From Bugula neritina (taxonomy: Eukaryota; Animalia; Bryozoa), in contig OZ037766.1 in assembly GCA_964035545.1 (NCBI GenBank), forward strand, positions 2,170,001 through 2,234,000: 64,000 bases of DNA. The letters run 5' to 3'. Shown here piece after piece: positions 1 through 15,300 of this stretch (positions are counted from its first letter, which is position 1; the number at the start of each line of letters is the position of its first letter). Both the position numbers and the translations under genes were made by a program. The notes under the pieces were generated by a model that saw nothing but the letters and a program-made list of their open reading frames with translations, ran no database searches and was not told where the DNA came from.

Positions 1-718
1 TGCAGTGACATACTGATAGTGGCATTTAGTATCAGTATAAATATCACTATCAGTTTGCATTCTAGTAATTGAGAAGCCAGTGAGACTTGAAATAAACAAT
101 CAGTTTTTTTAGCCATAATGATAATGTATTTACATTACAATTATTATGTTAATGGTATATTTTAATAAACTAAAGTTAAACTGCTCTATTAGTGTTTGCA
201 CTGTCAAGATTATGATCATTTGTACTCATCAATCAATCTTAACTCAAGTTTTACTTATTCAAATTTTTTGTTAAACAGAATATGTAGACCAATTATAGTG
301 TTTCTATGAAAGCTCACTTGTGTGTTTAAAGTTCCGTTTTTATGAAAAATCTCTGATGGTTAGTTAAGAACTTTATATCTTATTATGCTAGTAACATAGT
401 TAGTTTCTGCTTGTATTACAGGAGTTATTGTAGCGAAATTTTTTTCCTGGTAAAATTCAAAGTCTTTGTGTAAAGCCCTCTAACTGTTGACCTTTGGCAA
501 AAATATTCTCATTACTATAACTTGATTAAAATGTCTGGTATATGTATTATTACAAATTAGAGAATTAGTTATTAGTCATTGAACTTAAAACTTATCTGTT
601 GCACAATATTTTTCAAAGAGCAATTAAAATATTGCAACAAATGTTATTGCAATTGTATTAACAATTTATTGTTGAATTAAGAAATAGAATTTTTTTCAGG
701 ACCAGCTTTTACTCCAGT

Positions 719-3700
719 ATGGATATTCCTTCCCTATTGTCTGATCTTCTATTCACTCTTGGTCCAAAAAGCAAAGTTAAATTCAAATTAGAACTATTCG
801 ATGAGCACCTCAAAATTTCAACAGATAGTGAAAGTGAGAAGAAAGCTAGAATTATTAAATATGCAGATATCATTGGGTTAAAGTTAAATGAGTCGATGAA
901 CTCTCAAAATGGTGGGACCCCTCACTCAGCTCCAATAACTCAGCACCTTGTGATATACTCATACCCTCGCACTAAAAGTTTTCTAAGCTCAAAGCTGACG
1001 AGGAAACGACTCTGCACTGACTTGGGTCTAAACTGTTTGGACACGTCTGAGAACAACTTGAAAGTTCACAAATTACTACACGAGTTCATTCTGAAGAAGG
1101 TGCAAACTCATTCTTCAAATCAGGGTCAGTCAGCTTAATATAAACTTTAAAAGCAAATGGATATTAAACTCTCCATAAATAGAAATAGTAATTGACTTGG
1201 TTTTGATGTTACAAATAAATAAGTATCATTTTTTTATTTCGCCTGAGTCCGATCTTTTGTTTAGGAGGACAGTTTGTAAGGTTTGGGAAGCCTCTGTTGG
1301 TGTTGCTAAATCCCAGATCTGGCAAGGGTGAAGCTAAGAAACTGTTCCAAAACAAGATCAGACCCATGTTTGAGGAGGCTTCTGTTGAATTTGTGTGTTT
1401 AGAAACAGGTTTGGCTATTTAGACCTATTGTTTACATTTTTCTTAATGAAAAGAGGTTCATAGAATTAGCATCTCATTTTTAGCCTAATAATAATTATTA
1501 ATATGTGAAATATAAACAATACAGCTTGTTTTTTTAAATACTAAATTGATATATGCACCATATATTAGAATTGTTACTCTGTAACTAATTAGTGATGACT
1601 ATTATACTCTGGTTGTAGAAAGAGCTGGACACGGTGAAGAGATCGCTCTATCAACTGACCTCTCTCTCTACAGCGGTATAGTAATAGTCTCTGGAGATGG
1701 CCTTCTGTTTGAGGTTTGTTTACTGTTGCCGTCGGTTACTAGAACAGGTGCTGTAATGACCTTGATGTAGAAGATGTTGTTAATGTATAAACAAGCTATG
1801 GTTCTGTTTGTCAGGTGTACCAAGGCCTCATGGCCCGGCCAGATTCAGCCCAGGCTGTCCTCACTCCTGTTGGCATTCTACCCGCTGGGTCGGGTAATGC
1901 ACTTTGCTGTAGTATTTGCTACGCTGCCGGGTAAGGTCATACTGCTGCCTCGGCGTACGACAGCTGTTTTCAGACATGATAGTGCTGAAACAACTTGTCT
2001 GGTTAAATCAGCTACAAATCCTAAATTTGAAATATTTTTAGTTTTCATTGGTATTTTTCGCTGTTAACCTTTAAAACAACTGAAAGCATGAAGACTGGTT
2101 AAATTAAGTTGTTGTGAAATTGTGGCAAGATGAATGATCTAAGTGCTAGCTAAACACCTCATAGCTCCAATATGTAGTAACTCGTTTTGAGTGAAAGTTG
2201 TTTGTTCTTTTTTATTAATTTATTATTGAAATAGTGAAGTAGCAGTAGTAGTGGTAGTGGTAGTAGCAGCAGCAGTAGCAGCAGTAGTAGTACTAGTAGT
2301 AGTACTAGTAGTACTACTAGTACTACTACTAGTAGTACTAGTAGTAGCAGTACTAGTACTATTAGTAGTACTAGTAGTAGTAGTAGTACTAGTAGCTGTA
2401 CTATTTATTCTGTAGTGAACCATTCCTACATGACATGCTCACACATTCCACGTTTGTACTGCTGAAGCATCACATTAGACCCATGGACCTCATAGCTTTG
2501 GACACTGTTGCTGGGCGTAAATACAGCTTCCTCTCTCTTACCTGGGGCCTAATAGCTGATATTGACATTGAGAGTGAGAGATTCAGGGCCCTGGGCAATG
2601 CAAGATTCACTGTTGAGGCTATTTTTAGAATTTTGAGTAAGTTTTTTCATGTTTAAAGAAAGTATATATTTGCATTTAGTTATCCACTGAAAATTTAACG
2701 TTTTTATTGACTGGCTTTGCTTTGTATATAAGATAACTGTGACAGTTCTAATACATTTAGATTATGTTTATATCTCGATAACAATGTTGGAGACATGCCA
2801 CTTTAAGTCACAACAGTCGAATAGAGTGAATTTATGCTGTCTGTAATGTAACATTCAAGTCAGTATCAAGTTATGTCAAGTCAGTGTCAAGTCATGTTTA
2901 GTCAGTATCAAGTCATGTCAAGTCAGTATCAAGTCATGTTAAGTCAGTATCAAGTCGTGTTCAGTCAGTGTCAAGTCATGTTAAGTCAGTATCAAGTTGT
3001 GTTTAGTCATTGTCCACCATGTTCATTCATACCTGCCCCATATTAGCAGTAAGTTTCTGCATCTATTTTTAGTTTCTTGGAGCTATTTTTAACACAGGTC
3101 GTTTAGTCTAGATTTAGTAACAAGTAATCAATACCTCATCTGTAATATAAACAGCTACGTCTTGCATTTTTTGCAACAGGCTTAGACACATAATTTGTTA
3201 TTAATTCATCCAAACATTATTAAATATTTAATACATATTACATGGGAGTTTGTCATTCTGTTTATTTTATCTGCCGAATATGTGTCTGAGAAACAACCGG
3301 GCTAACAAGGGTTTTTCTAGAACCTGTTAGCAGATTATCTCTCTTTTCTTTTCTATTAAAACACATTTTGTTACCAATTCTGCTCAATTTTTACAGAGTT
3401 TCTGTGCTTGTCGTAGGTTTGTACTTTGCTGCCCAGAAAAGCTGACTCGGTAAAATATAGCAAATACTCATCAACCTTTAATGTCAAGCAAAAAATTGAA
3501 ACAAGTTAAAATGAAAATAAAAATTTTTCAATAGTACTATTCACACCCTTGGCTTACAGAACATCCAATGAGCTAGTTTCTTAAGCTGAGAATTTTGCAA
3601 TACTTGAGTACGCGAAGACATCACTCATACATTGTCACGTGACTGTATGCAGCATAGATATCTATTGTCTTAAATAAAACTGTCTACCCACTAAGTGTGG

Positions 3701-4943
3701 CACCATTACATAACATCAAGTTAGTAGACTATCTACTCATCAACCCTGCTACAGATAATAGCTTACTAGCATGCTTATGTACTGTACTATTCGTTACATA
3801 ACAGTGTTTGTTGACCACTATCTACCAGTGTAAAGTGTAACATTATATCACACATGGTTACTGGATTATCAGATGGTACAAGTATTATTTGTTGTGTGTA
3901 CATATCAGCTGCCTGCAGAATAGCTGTTGGAGAAATTTTCCGTCTGTGAAATAAACATCAAATACAAACATTAAAAGCCTCTTACATGTGGTGTAACTAA
4001 TAACTGGACAGTTGAGATTTGGTGAAAGCATAGAAATATAAGATTTATAATGTGATATTTACTTTTTATTATATATGGAGTATAATATATAGAGTAAGAT
4101 GAGGTAATTGGCTGTCTTTTATAATATTACATGGTGAGGTCTTCATTTGGCTGCTGGTATCAAGTCATCTCTGTCAAATCAATTCCTTAGATTACCCTGG
4201 CACTTGATCCTAGCCGGACTCTATCTAGAAGTATATATAGTCACAACCTTGCACCTGTTTACTCATGTGTAGCTCTGCTGCTTGTAGGTCCAAGAGCTTA
4301 CAAAGGTAAACTCTCGTTCCTCCCGAACTCCCCTTACACACACAAGAGCAGAAGTCAAACGGTTACTCTGCTAAGTCATCGCGAACGTGAACAGCCCACA
4401 ACTAACGGTAAGGTTCGATCAGCTAGCACCCCAAACCTTTCCCCGCGAACATCTGAGCTAGGAACTGCTGCTAACACACTTCGCAATGGTCATGCTGACG
4501 AAGCTGTGCGGGACATACAGGAAGTAGAAGAAACTGGCAGCGAGGGTGATGCGGAGGAAGAGATAGAGTTACCTCCACTGGACCAGCCGGTGCCCGAACA
4601 CTGGGTGACTATTGACGACTACTTCGTGTCTATAGTGGCCGTGTATCAGAGTCACATTGGACCGGAGATATTGGCAGCGCCTGCTGCCACTATGACAGAC
4701 AAACTGATTCATCTGCTGATCATCAGAAGTCCCGTGACACGTCTGCAGATGCTGAATATTATGACTCAGCTTGAGACAGGAAGTCACACTAATAATCCGC
4801 AGGTGGAGTTGGTGGCAGTTAAAGCATTCCGTCTCGAGCCTCTGGAACTCAGAGGTAACATGGTTGTGGATGGGGAGAAGGTAGCCTACGGCCCCATACA
4901 AGGCAAGGTCTTGCCCTCAGCTGCTAGGGTTATGGCTTTATAA
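719..4943 (+). CDS. SPHK: Sphingosine kinase (DAGK-family lipid kinase), 6 coding exons: 719-1124, 1265-1408, 1619-1713, 1815-1930, 2416-2636, 4288-4943
   Basis: Phase-consistent GT-AG exons give the SphK motifs LLNPRSGKG, SGDGLLFEV, LPAGSGNAL, WGLIADIDIESERFRALGNARF and C-terminal VKAFRLEP...MVVDGE. An acceptor at 699 shows the ATG lies in the second exon. Confidence 0.93.
2237..2400. repeat. Imperfect (AGT/AGC/ACT)n trinucleotide microsatellite in SPHK intron 4
   Basis: Seen directly; it ends about 15 nt before the acceptor at 2415. ORF 2223..2423 is an artefact of it. Confidence 0.95.
2857..3006. repeat. ~20-bp minisatellite (aagtcagtatcaagtcatgt), about 7 copies
   Basis: Seen directly, in SPHK intron 5. 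Confidence 0.9.
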
Positions 4944-7606
4944 GACGATACCAAATATACTATGCACTATGCAGTAACTCTTGGGTCATGCCTGTGGTAG
5001 CTTTATTCTATATATAATATCAAACTTCTTTTTTCTATTGTTTTGTACTTTGACCTGAAGGCAATGATTTCCACTAGTCTTGGCTCTGTTCTAGTAATTC
5101 ATCAGTTGTCTTTCTGTACAGTAAACAACTGCTTTCTACTCTTCCATTGTTTATGATGCAAAGTTTTCACATAATGATTTATAGCTTTATTTTTTAATTT
5201 CTAAGTTATTATGTTTGTCGATTATGTTGTTACTCATGTCTATTAGTGACTGTTGGTTAGGTTTTTGTTTAAAAAGATAGAGTCAACCAACTATAGTTTT
5301 AGAATGTTAATTAGTTCACTAAGTATGCTAGTCTTGTAGCTGTATTGAGACTGTTCTAGCACAGGTTACCTTAGTACTTCTATAGAAAAGGTGGGGGTTC
5401 AGGTCTTTCTTAGACTCATTTTTATTATTTTATCTAATAATTTATTTGCTCAGTTCAATTTAAAGAGAACACAACTACTGTAAAATTGTTTAAATTGCAT
5501 CAGTTTAATACAAAGTATGTGCTCAGTTTAATCACAAAATCTCTAGTAATTGTATACCAATAAAGTTTCTACAGAATATGTTTGTAGTGGTTAGTCAACC
5601 GTCTGCTATCTTCCAGCCATCATCTCTACATCCTCCCCCATCCACCTGTAGACAGATATCTAATAGTGGATATCTAATTTTAAGGATGGGGGAGAGCATG
5701 TATTATATTGATATAGTATTCTTTTATTTTAAAATGCATTATGTTGATGGTTTATGTAAACATTCAGTTTAACTGCACCACTCTGTTCTCCATCTTAACT
5801 AGTCTGTAGAAGCAGTGATTTAGTTGCTGTTACACCTTTGGCAGATTATTCTAGAATATTGGGAGTTGCCCTCCATGGATCTCTATACATTCTAGTCTCC
5901 ATATTGTAATACAGCATGTTATATCCCCATGCAGCCTGATTTCAGTAAAGATGCTATTTCAGCAGCATATTTCTGTAATACTAGGTTTCCTGTTTAAAAG
6001 TGTTAAGGGTTACTTGGAGCTGGTCAGTTTATTCAGAAAGCTAGCTTATATTTGGTAGGAAGGCTTACTTGTACTATGAGACTTTCCACATAAAAACTTC
6101 CTAAGACATCAACCTTCAAACAATAAATTCTAATTTGAGCGTTTCAGCTATGTGATCAAGACATGTAAACTGTTTACTGAATTATTGTAAAGAGCTTGTA
6201 AACATGACTCTGTATGGAGCAGTTATATAAGCTGATCATCCACAATATTAAAATTTCATAATATTAGAAACTCAAACAATAATAAGAACTAAAAACAATT
6301 GATTTTAATGATAATTCCAGTGCTAGAAATGTATTATTCAATCCAAACATCAAGTTAAACTTCAACAATCTTAGAAATGACAACTATAATAGACTTGACT
6401 ACTATATGTATGTAAAGCTGCCTGTTTTCTAGCTTGAAACAATGTTTTTGGGATAAATTTGGTAACAGGATGTTAGGATAGCTTATAATATATTTATCAT
6501 GTTAGCATATTTCCCAGCAAAATAATCATGGCTCTGTTTTTAGCATTATATCACTTCAGTCATATACACATATATGTACATTATAGCTAGATGTCACTAG
6601 CTTCTTCAAGTTTTATAAACCTCTCAAGTAGATGCTCTTATATTATATTGGTTTCTGACTTGAAGTCAATATTTTCATGTTATTGCTACTTAAATGCATT
6701 CTAAATATAGATAGCTAAAAATATGTTAGTTCGTATTACTATATTTGTTATAAACTATACTCCCCCACATTGTGTTTATCTGTCAATAATATTTATTTAA
6801 TATTGCATTTTGAACAGTTTGTCAGTCAGTCCCTACAGCTTCTTTTGAAATAATATTGATAAATATTTTATTGCCACATCATATTATTAACATCATTTAT
6901 AGGTTAGAGTTGCAGCATGCGTAATCATTCTATTGTTGACGAAGTTTAGAATATTATACGTAGTCATGTTGACCAACTCCTAATCTGAACAAATTTTAAA
7001 ATATAATTGTTAGCCAATAAATGCTGCGGGATATTTGTGTTATTAATAAGAATATAGATTAAAATATCATTCCGTCAGTCTTCAAGTACTCAATTTTGCT
7101 ATGTCATGTGGTCGGAACAGAAATGAGAAGTTTTATATTGGCTTTTAGGTGGAAGTGAGTGTAGTGTTACAGCTTCTTATTTGCCCAAGGGTGAAATTTG
7201 AATGAAAGGGTTTGTTAGTTGGTCTTCATTGGCTTTCTAAATCAATATGTCAAATTATGTCATCCTTTTCCAGCTTCATTAATTTTGTTTTGCAGTTAAT
7301 ACTCGATAATAACCACTGGTCATGAAAATTTGATAATTGCATTTTGAAATCGTCTCAATGTTCAACTCTAGTGTCAATCTGGTACTAATAAGGAAAAAAC
7401 AATTAGACTATGTTTAGAAATGAACTTTCCACTGCCAGACGCTTAGCGATAAGAATAGTTTATTATTATTGTCACTAAAAGCATTCAATGTTTTCTGCCA
7501 TGATGTCTGATTCGTATATTTTTAGAGAACTTGAGTCTTACTAATTTTAAGCAATCTCTGAAAATGATATATTGTTCTAAAATTTGTATGAAAACAAGTG
7601 CTCACG

Positions 7607-8098
<492 letters not shown>

Positions 8099-8494
8099 TT
8101 CACTGATCTGTTTTACCATTTTATTGCACTATATGAGCTTATAGTGAAGAACTCATCTGTTATATATGGAAGAGCAAATTACGCTGAATCAATTGATTGC
8201 TGCCAGCAAACAATAGTTCAAATTGAAAGAAATTCAGGGGATAATTTCCAAATCTAAGAATTCATAATGATTTAGTTGCCATATTTAGACTTGGTTTGGC
8301 TAATGAACAATTTGTCCAATTAGTTGCTATGCTATCCTGTTTATAATACCTTAGCTGTAGCAAATTAGCATTAAATACTTAATCAATAAATTTTTAAAGA
8401 GCTTAGAACACCAGCTATATAAAGCCATGCTGTCTAGCCGACAGCATTACCTACCATCTTCAGCAACTGGAAACAGCAGCCACGTTTTAGCAGA

Positions 8495-11400
8495 ATGAAA
8501 AGATCTGTAGTTTTTGCACCTGTATGTGTGATAGTATTCATCATATCTTTACATGATGTCGCTGCACTTGGCAAAGTTTCAAAGATCTTAAATGAAATTC
8601 TAACTGGAAAATCATGGGAAGAGGTGAGAAAGTAAATGATTGCAAACTATCTGTCATAGTTGCATGTTATTCTGCTGTAAACATACTGTAGTTATATAAC
8701 ATACTCTACTGTAATAATATGCTTAAGTTGAACCATTTTCTACTTTAAACAAACTGTAGTTTACCAGATATAAATGTATGCAAGATATTGCGCAATAACA
8801 CAGTTGTATGATAATATTATGAAAGTTCTATCATAATTACATACAAAGAAATGAACTTTATTGTCAAAGTTTAATTTGCAAAATACAGATTTCTGAAAAA
8901 GGTTTGTAATTATAAATTACTACATCCTATAACACTATATTCTTTATTATATAATTTGCATAATTTTTTATTATATATATTATATTATTATAATATATGT
9001 ATAAAATATTGTTGGGTCTACAAGTTTAAAATGCATAATATTTCAGTGCTCCAAGGAGAACGAGGTGTGTTACTTAGATGAAGATTGCTGTGGGGAGTAT
9101 CAGTGTAGAGAAACTCTCTATCTCAGAGGTAAGCTAACACACTCAAAGTCACTTAAATGTATAACTATATCTGTTATATAATTGGCCTATTGTCTTTCTT
9201 ATTCTATAACATATTCATATCAACTGAACCGCAATATTTGAACTTTGTTGCTATAATATATACTATCATGAAATGTCTATTGGCATTTCACTATACTCTA
9301 CCAAAACAACTATTCTCACTCACTAAGTATAGCTTTTATTAATTTCTTATAATATTTGCTATGCTACAGCCATGAATAACTCATTAAATCAATCCCCCCC
9401 CCCCCCCAATAATTGAGAGAAATATGATATACATCATATAGTATTCTAAGGCATTATATAATATTCTGTAAGCCCAAAAAGGCATGCATTTTTATGTTCA
9501 TGGTGTTTAATTTATGAAGTATAGATTAAAAAACTGTAACAAAAATAAGTCTCTTGCTATTTATAAAATCAATAAACTGCTGACATTATAAATAAAACAA
9601 GAAGATGGGAAATTTTCGTTGGCCCAATTTACGAAGAGTTAAATTAGCTATAAATAATATAGTAGGCCAATAAAATTATACAAAGCAAATTCCCACCAGG
9701 GTAACATAATGGTTCGTTTATATTACATGTTATGTTTCATCATTGGAGAAAGCTTCATGACACCCTAAAGGCTGTATATGTTCTGATTGTGAATAAAGGT
9801 GGCAGTGAAACACCCACACGATACCTGTAAATCATAAATCAACTTTATATTATAAATTCTCATTTAGAATCTAAGCAATTCTTTAGTAAAAGAAACACAA
9901 GTTCCTGTGAAAAGTGAAAATGCTTTCATGTCACTTTTTTTACAACTTGGCAACTAATTAACTAATGGAAGCTGGAAAAATGAATGATTTATTTTGTATT
10001 GGGACATTGGAATAATCTGTAAAGATATCTTGTTTTATCAAAATTTCCGCCCAAAATAAACAGTGGTGTGGTATTAATAGTATTTATAATATAATATAAA
10101 ATTTGTAACAACATAATTATATGTTACCTAGCCTGTCTTCTTTTCCCCACAACTTAACAGTATACTGTTGAATACTCCAGGCCTAATTTTATCAAACTGA
10201 AGTAAATGTGTTTGAATACTTTAGACTTTTTACTCTGTTGGCCAATTTTCTTGAACAAATATTCCTTTGGGAGTTATTTCAAGACGTAAATTGCCACATC
10301 AAAGGCATTGATAACTTAGTTAAACATATCTAAGTTGTTTCTAATTTTAACCCACATAACAAATTTTGCATCCTCATTTGTCTCATCAGCTTAAAGCCTT
10401 CCTAAAAAAAGTACGTTGCAAAGAACCAAAGTTATTTTGTTAGATCTCTATTAAGCGAAATATTACAACTTACATGCAAATGCTAAATCAAACATTTCAA
10501 AGTCATATACTGCATAAATTATGTTGTATGATAGATTCATGCAATATATGTATTCTTGAAAGGAACATAATTTTTTTTTCAACACACACTGCTAGCATAA
10601 ATTTGAAATAGTATAAAATAAATTACTTTAAAAGAGCTGAATAATATAATTAGATTTACAGCTGTGAAATAATGAACACGATAGCTAGTGACAAACCCCA
10701 ACTCATTTATCCCCATCTTTTAACCAAAACATATTTTTCTGCAAATAGACATTCCATTGAAGCATGTTATTTAATAAAGAACAAAATATTCCTGATTTTA
10801 TTTAAACCTACCCTTCTTCTGGTAGCAATGCACAATATTATATATAACCGTTATGTCATTTATATAATTTTTTTCTCTGCACATTAGCATACTTATATAA
10901 AAATACACCCGTCTAAACTGTAATTGTTTTACTATTTCAGGCCCAAAGTACACGTGTGTGAACATTCCATCCAGACTTTACCGCCATCTTGGCCCAAGTC
11001 GTCCTTCTGCAGCTGAGATTTCTGGGATAGCCAGCTCTTCCCAACATACAACAGAAGGTGCGGCAAAATGACTTCATGCTATATACTTCGCCCACCATTC
11101 TTCATTTTGTTTATTAGACATTTAATATTATTTGATAGATTCATTCATTTTTAGAATAAATTAGACCATAGCATGGTATGCAAAGTGTACTAAAAACTTG
11201 GGCCTTTTCCCTTAATAGGACAACTACTTTTAGTGTTTCAATTCTTCGCTAATGTACTTTTACTCAACACAGTGTCATGTATCTATATTCATGAAATTTA
11301 TTGAGTTAATATTTAACTATTTATATAAATCGACCATTCATGATTCTTGGTAACCTTGTTTGGTTGGATTGAACACACTTCATGGTCATATTTACCATAT

Positions 11401-11625
11401 AATAAATGAATTTACCAGAAATATTTTGGTCCATAGAAACATAATTATCTAACAGATGCTGTCGTACATCTATTAAGGTGCTGCCTCTGTTGTATTGCAG
11501 GTAACAAATGTTCCTCCTCCTTCGAGTGTGATGAAGGCCAGTGTTGCCAGAGAGAAGTTATCTACAAAGGTTGGAGCGTGTGGAGGTGTGGAGAGAAAAG
11601 CTACTACAGCGAATGCAAGGATTAA
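8495..11625 (+). CDS. Secreted 150-aa protein with two six-cysteine (C-C-CC-C-C) knottin-like domains; exons 8495-8623, 9047-9128, 10941-11057, 11501-11625
   Basis: Four canonical exons total 453 nt with phases 0,1,1. Translation: MKRSVVFAPVCVIVFIISLHDVAA-LGKVSKILNEILTGKSWEE-CSKENEVCYLDEDCCGEYQCRETLYLRGPKYTC-VNIPSRLYRHLGPSRPSAAEISGIASSSQHTTEGNK-CSSSFECDEGQCCQREVIYKGWSVWRCGEKSYYSECKD*. It has a hydrophobic signal peptide, and AATAAA lies near 11819. Confidence 0.85.
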
Positions 11626-12164
11626 AGACTACCTTTATACAGTTGTGACATCCTAAATAACTTACTTTGCTATAAATATTAGCCTATCTGTATGCAGCTA
11701 TGTTAACTTTAACCTATTATTTGATAATATATAGCACTTTAATTTTTAATGCATTAATTCTATTAATGCATTAATTTTATCAATGCATTAATTTTATTAA
11801 TTCAAGAACATTTTTTGAAATAAACTTTTATGTTAACGAAAAACTTATTTCTTCTCTATAATTTTTCCTATTAGCTAATGCATTATGTTTACGTCCACGT
11901 GATGTTGGATGAGTTTAGCTATATAATTGTTTTATAAGCTATGGTTTCAACTTTCGTTTATTCATTAGACTGTAATCATACTAAATTACACTAAATATTT
12001 TATGTTAGCAAAAAATAAATTTCTTCCTATATAATGTACTTTGTTATTTTTGCACTTCATGTAGCTTGAACCAGAATTTTTTCATTCATAAAACTACATA
12101 ATTAGTTCAACAAAGCAATCAATGTGTCTATAAAAACAAACTCGCGCAAGTTTATACTTTATAG

Positions 12165-12320
12165 TCGCTATCCCGTGAGAAACCCCTGGTAGAAAGGGTT
12201 TTTCTTAAAGCAGGCTAAGAACTTATTCAGAGCAATTATGACTGGATTCTCTTCCTAACATCATCAATGGCCTTCACTGGGGCTCAAACCGCTCTAACCC
12301 CTAAACCGTGGCTGCTCCCT
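12165..12320 (-). mobile_element. tRNA-derived SINE, degenerate copy 1
   Basis: Colinear with 62378-62520 (aaagggttttt..ttaaagc.ggctaag.acttatt, gcaattatgactggat.ctcttcctaacatca, gctgctccct). Its core is the reverse complement of 20845-20866. Confidence 0.8.
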
Positions 12321-15300
12321 AATCAATGTGTCTACCCAAATATTAATGAACAAATCAAGCAGATGCTGGCTTTCTGCATGATTACTGCATAAATAGCATT
12401 ATTATCTATACTTGTTTTTAATCTCAAACTTCAGCTGCAATTTTGGCAGCAGCAACATATTTAATCTGACTCGACTGGTGAATAGGATTGGATATTACAT
12501 GATTAATATAAACATTTCATGATGTCTAATTCTAAAATCTTGACCTCATCTTTGGCACAGCTAGTGTTAAATAATCCAGGGCCTTTCTTGTGATTGTGAT
12601 CATCTCTATCTCATGTGGGTTGCATCACCACGTGTCTGGTGCTGTAAGACTGCAGCCAATCAGAAGCTCTTGCTTTTGCTTTACTGTGTTTTAGTTTTCA
12701 GCTATTCTGTATCAAAAGATAGTCTTTTACAAGCCTGTTCTTTTGTTATAGAAAATTTAAACATGTTCATTTAGTGAAAAGCCATTATGTTGAAATACAG
12801 ATCAGCAAAATCTGTTAAATGCTGCCTCAAAACCAAACAGTCATCCGAAGCAGCGAAGTGATATAACATAATAACACAATAATATATTAAACACTAGGCT
12901 GAAACTCAATCTATAAAAGTTAAAGTGATTTTGGTAATTAAATTTCACCCACACGGTTGGTTTATTAATAGCTGAAGTCTGCACAGTTTTGAGTGAATGA
13001 AAGTTTGCTGAAATACTTACACCATAATCCAATTTAAATAATTATTACATTAAGCACAAGTAGTATAAATTTCATAGTCAGTGTGAGCTGGGTTGGTGGG
13101 TATACATGGTGTTCCTACAAACTCCTAAAATCCTAAAGGCAGATCCTAAGCCTAAGAGTGTCTGCAAAAGACGGAGAAATCAGCTGCTATAAGCAGTAAA
13201 CTGTAATTTGATTACACCAAGTTAGATACCATATTGATTGTGCAACTTAGCAGTATACATAGTTGTTAGCAAGAGACTAATTTGAAGACATTATAATATA
13301 AAACAATTATAACAGAAATTTTATTTAATGTGGTATAAAAGGGTTAGGTTTTTGCTGAATTGTGAAATGCACATTATATGATTATTATAAATATTCAAAA
13401 CTGATAAAAATTTCCTGCAAATTTTTGTGGAACAAACAGAAAAAGATGGCATCAAAAATAGAGCAAAGTCAGTCAATTGTGGGGGGGAGGTTGCAGTGCT
13501 GATCCTCAGCTGAGTTTTGGATCACAGTCTGAGTTAAGAGACTGGGTAGCAATCAACTCTATCTAAGGGTTTCACCAATAAGGGGGTCTTTTCTTGTTTA
13601 AAATGCCTTTCAAATAGAAGCTGCAGACTAGATTATCATGCTAGAACATTCTTACCTTACAATATATGCACTATAAGTCACCAGACAAATTACTTATTAA
13701 GCTCTTAGTTGGGTTTGAATAATCATCATTAAAGTGTGATGAGACTCCCCAGGTTTTGTGAGCTAAAAATAGAGCCTAGGGCCTGCAACTGAAGACCACA
13801 GGGTTAGTGACATGAAGTATACCTGGATAGAAAGTGCTCTAATGTGTGGTCTGCTCTGCCATTGTCACGTGACACCTTCAAGTGTGGTCTGGCAGGCTCA
13901 GAGGAGACCTGGTCTAAGAATAACTAGTCTCTCCATTGTAGCCAGCCACATGTAATTTGTATTCTTTCCTTTTGAAAGGCTATGCACTATTATTTAGCCT
14001 TCCTATTGTGTTAGTAGACTTTCCTTTATGAGTAGGATGAACCTGTTAGTTACAACAGGAGGTAATACATGATTAGCCTGCCTATTTTATAGATATTGGT
14101 ATTTATAGCAATATAACATTAGGGCAATAGGACTAAAAACTCGTAGCTTTTACCTTATAAGGTGGGATCACAGCAAATAGATGTATTAAAGGCTGACAGC
14201 CACCGTAACTTTTACAAACTATAAAACCAGCCAGCTCCTTCCTGAACAAACATAACGAATTTTAACCACTGACACTGAATAAACCATTTTATTTCAGTAG
14301 CTCCAGCTATCTAAGATTATAAATCTCTTAAGAAGGTGCCCACAAACGTATCAAACTTATCATAACAATTGGAAACTCTTAGTAGCTATGCTTCTCAAAC
14401 AAGAGTATTACTGAAAAAAAATAGTCACTGAAATATCACTTGTCCAATCCTGAAATAAAATTTTGTTTGTCGGACAAATAAAGGCATAATTTATGCTTAT
14501 TTGTAATTGATAACTTGATAACTGAATTATTTTGATTTATATTGTAAAAATATATTGCTTATTCTACATAATTTCCAAAGAGTGCCAAAAACATTATTGT
14601 ATACACAACATATTGAGGAGTGAGTTTTAGAGCCAGTCTGCACAGCTATAACTTACAAGTGCCATGTAATGGGATTGTCACAGGTTTAGCTGCAGGTGAA
14701 GGTTCATCATGCGGCTACTTATTTCTTGCAATTTGGTTTCCATTATGCAGTCACCCACCTGGTCAATACATTTTCATTCATACAGCATCTTTTATTCCAC
14801 TTGAACTCTCAATGTAAAGACTAGCAAATATAAAACCAATTAAAGCTCATGCATTATTAAATTAGTAGGCTTCTAAAATCTATTAATTGACTTGTGGGCT
14901 ATTTTATATTTCATAGTTAGAGCCTATATGCAGTTACTACTATTTACAAACACCGCCATCTAGTTAGTGTGCTATGCAATAATATACACATATACAGTTA
15001 GCTAAACTGCAGTACTTGTTACAACTTCCAGTCTGTATTTTATGCTATAATGTACTTATAAATAATTGCAGAACTTTCATTAATAAATCTATAAAAGAAT
15101 ATTTAGCACTTTATATTCTCAAACATATGCTGCAAACATTATCAATACCTTATTTTAAATATTTTAATAAAGTTTATTGGTTTTCTTTTTCGTTGAATCT
15201 AAATTATTCATATTTCTTCCATATTGTGGTATTAACTCACTAACAAAATACTATATTGATAACATGTGATTTGTCAGCACAAAATAGGAATAATATATAA

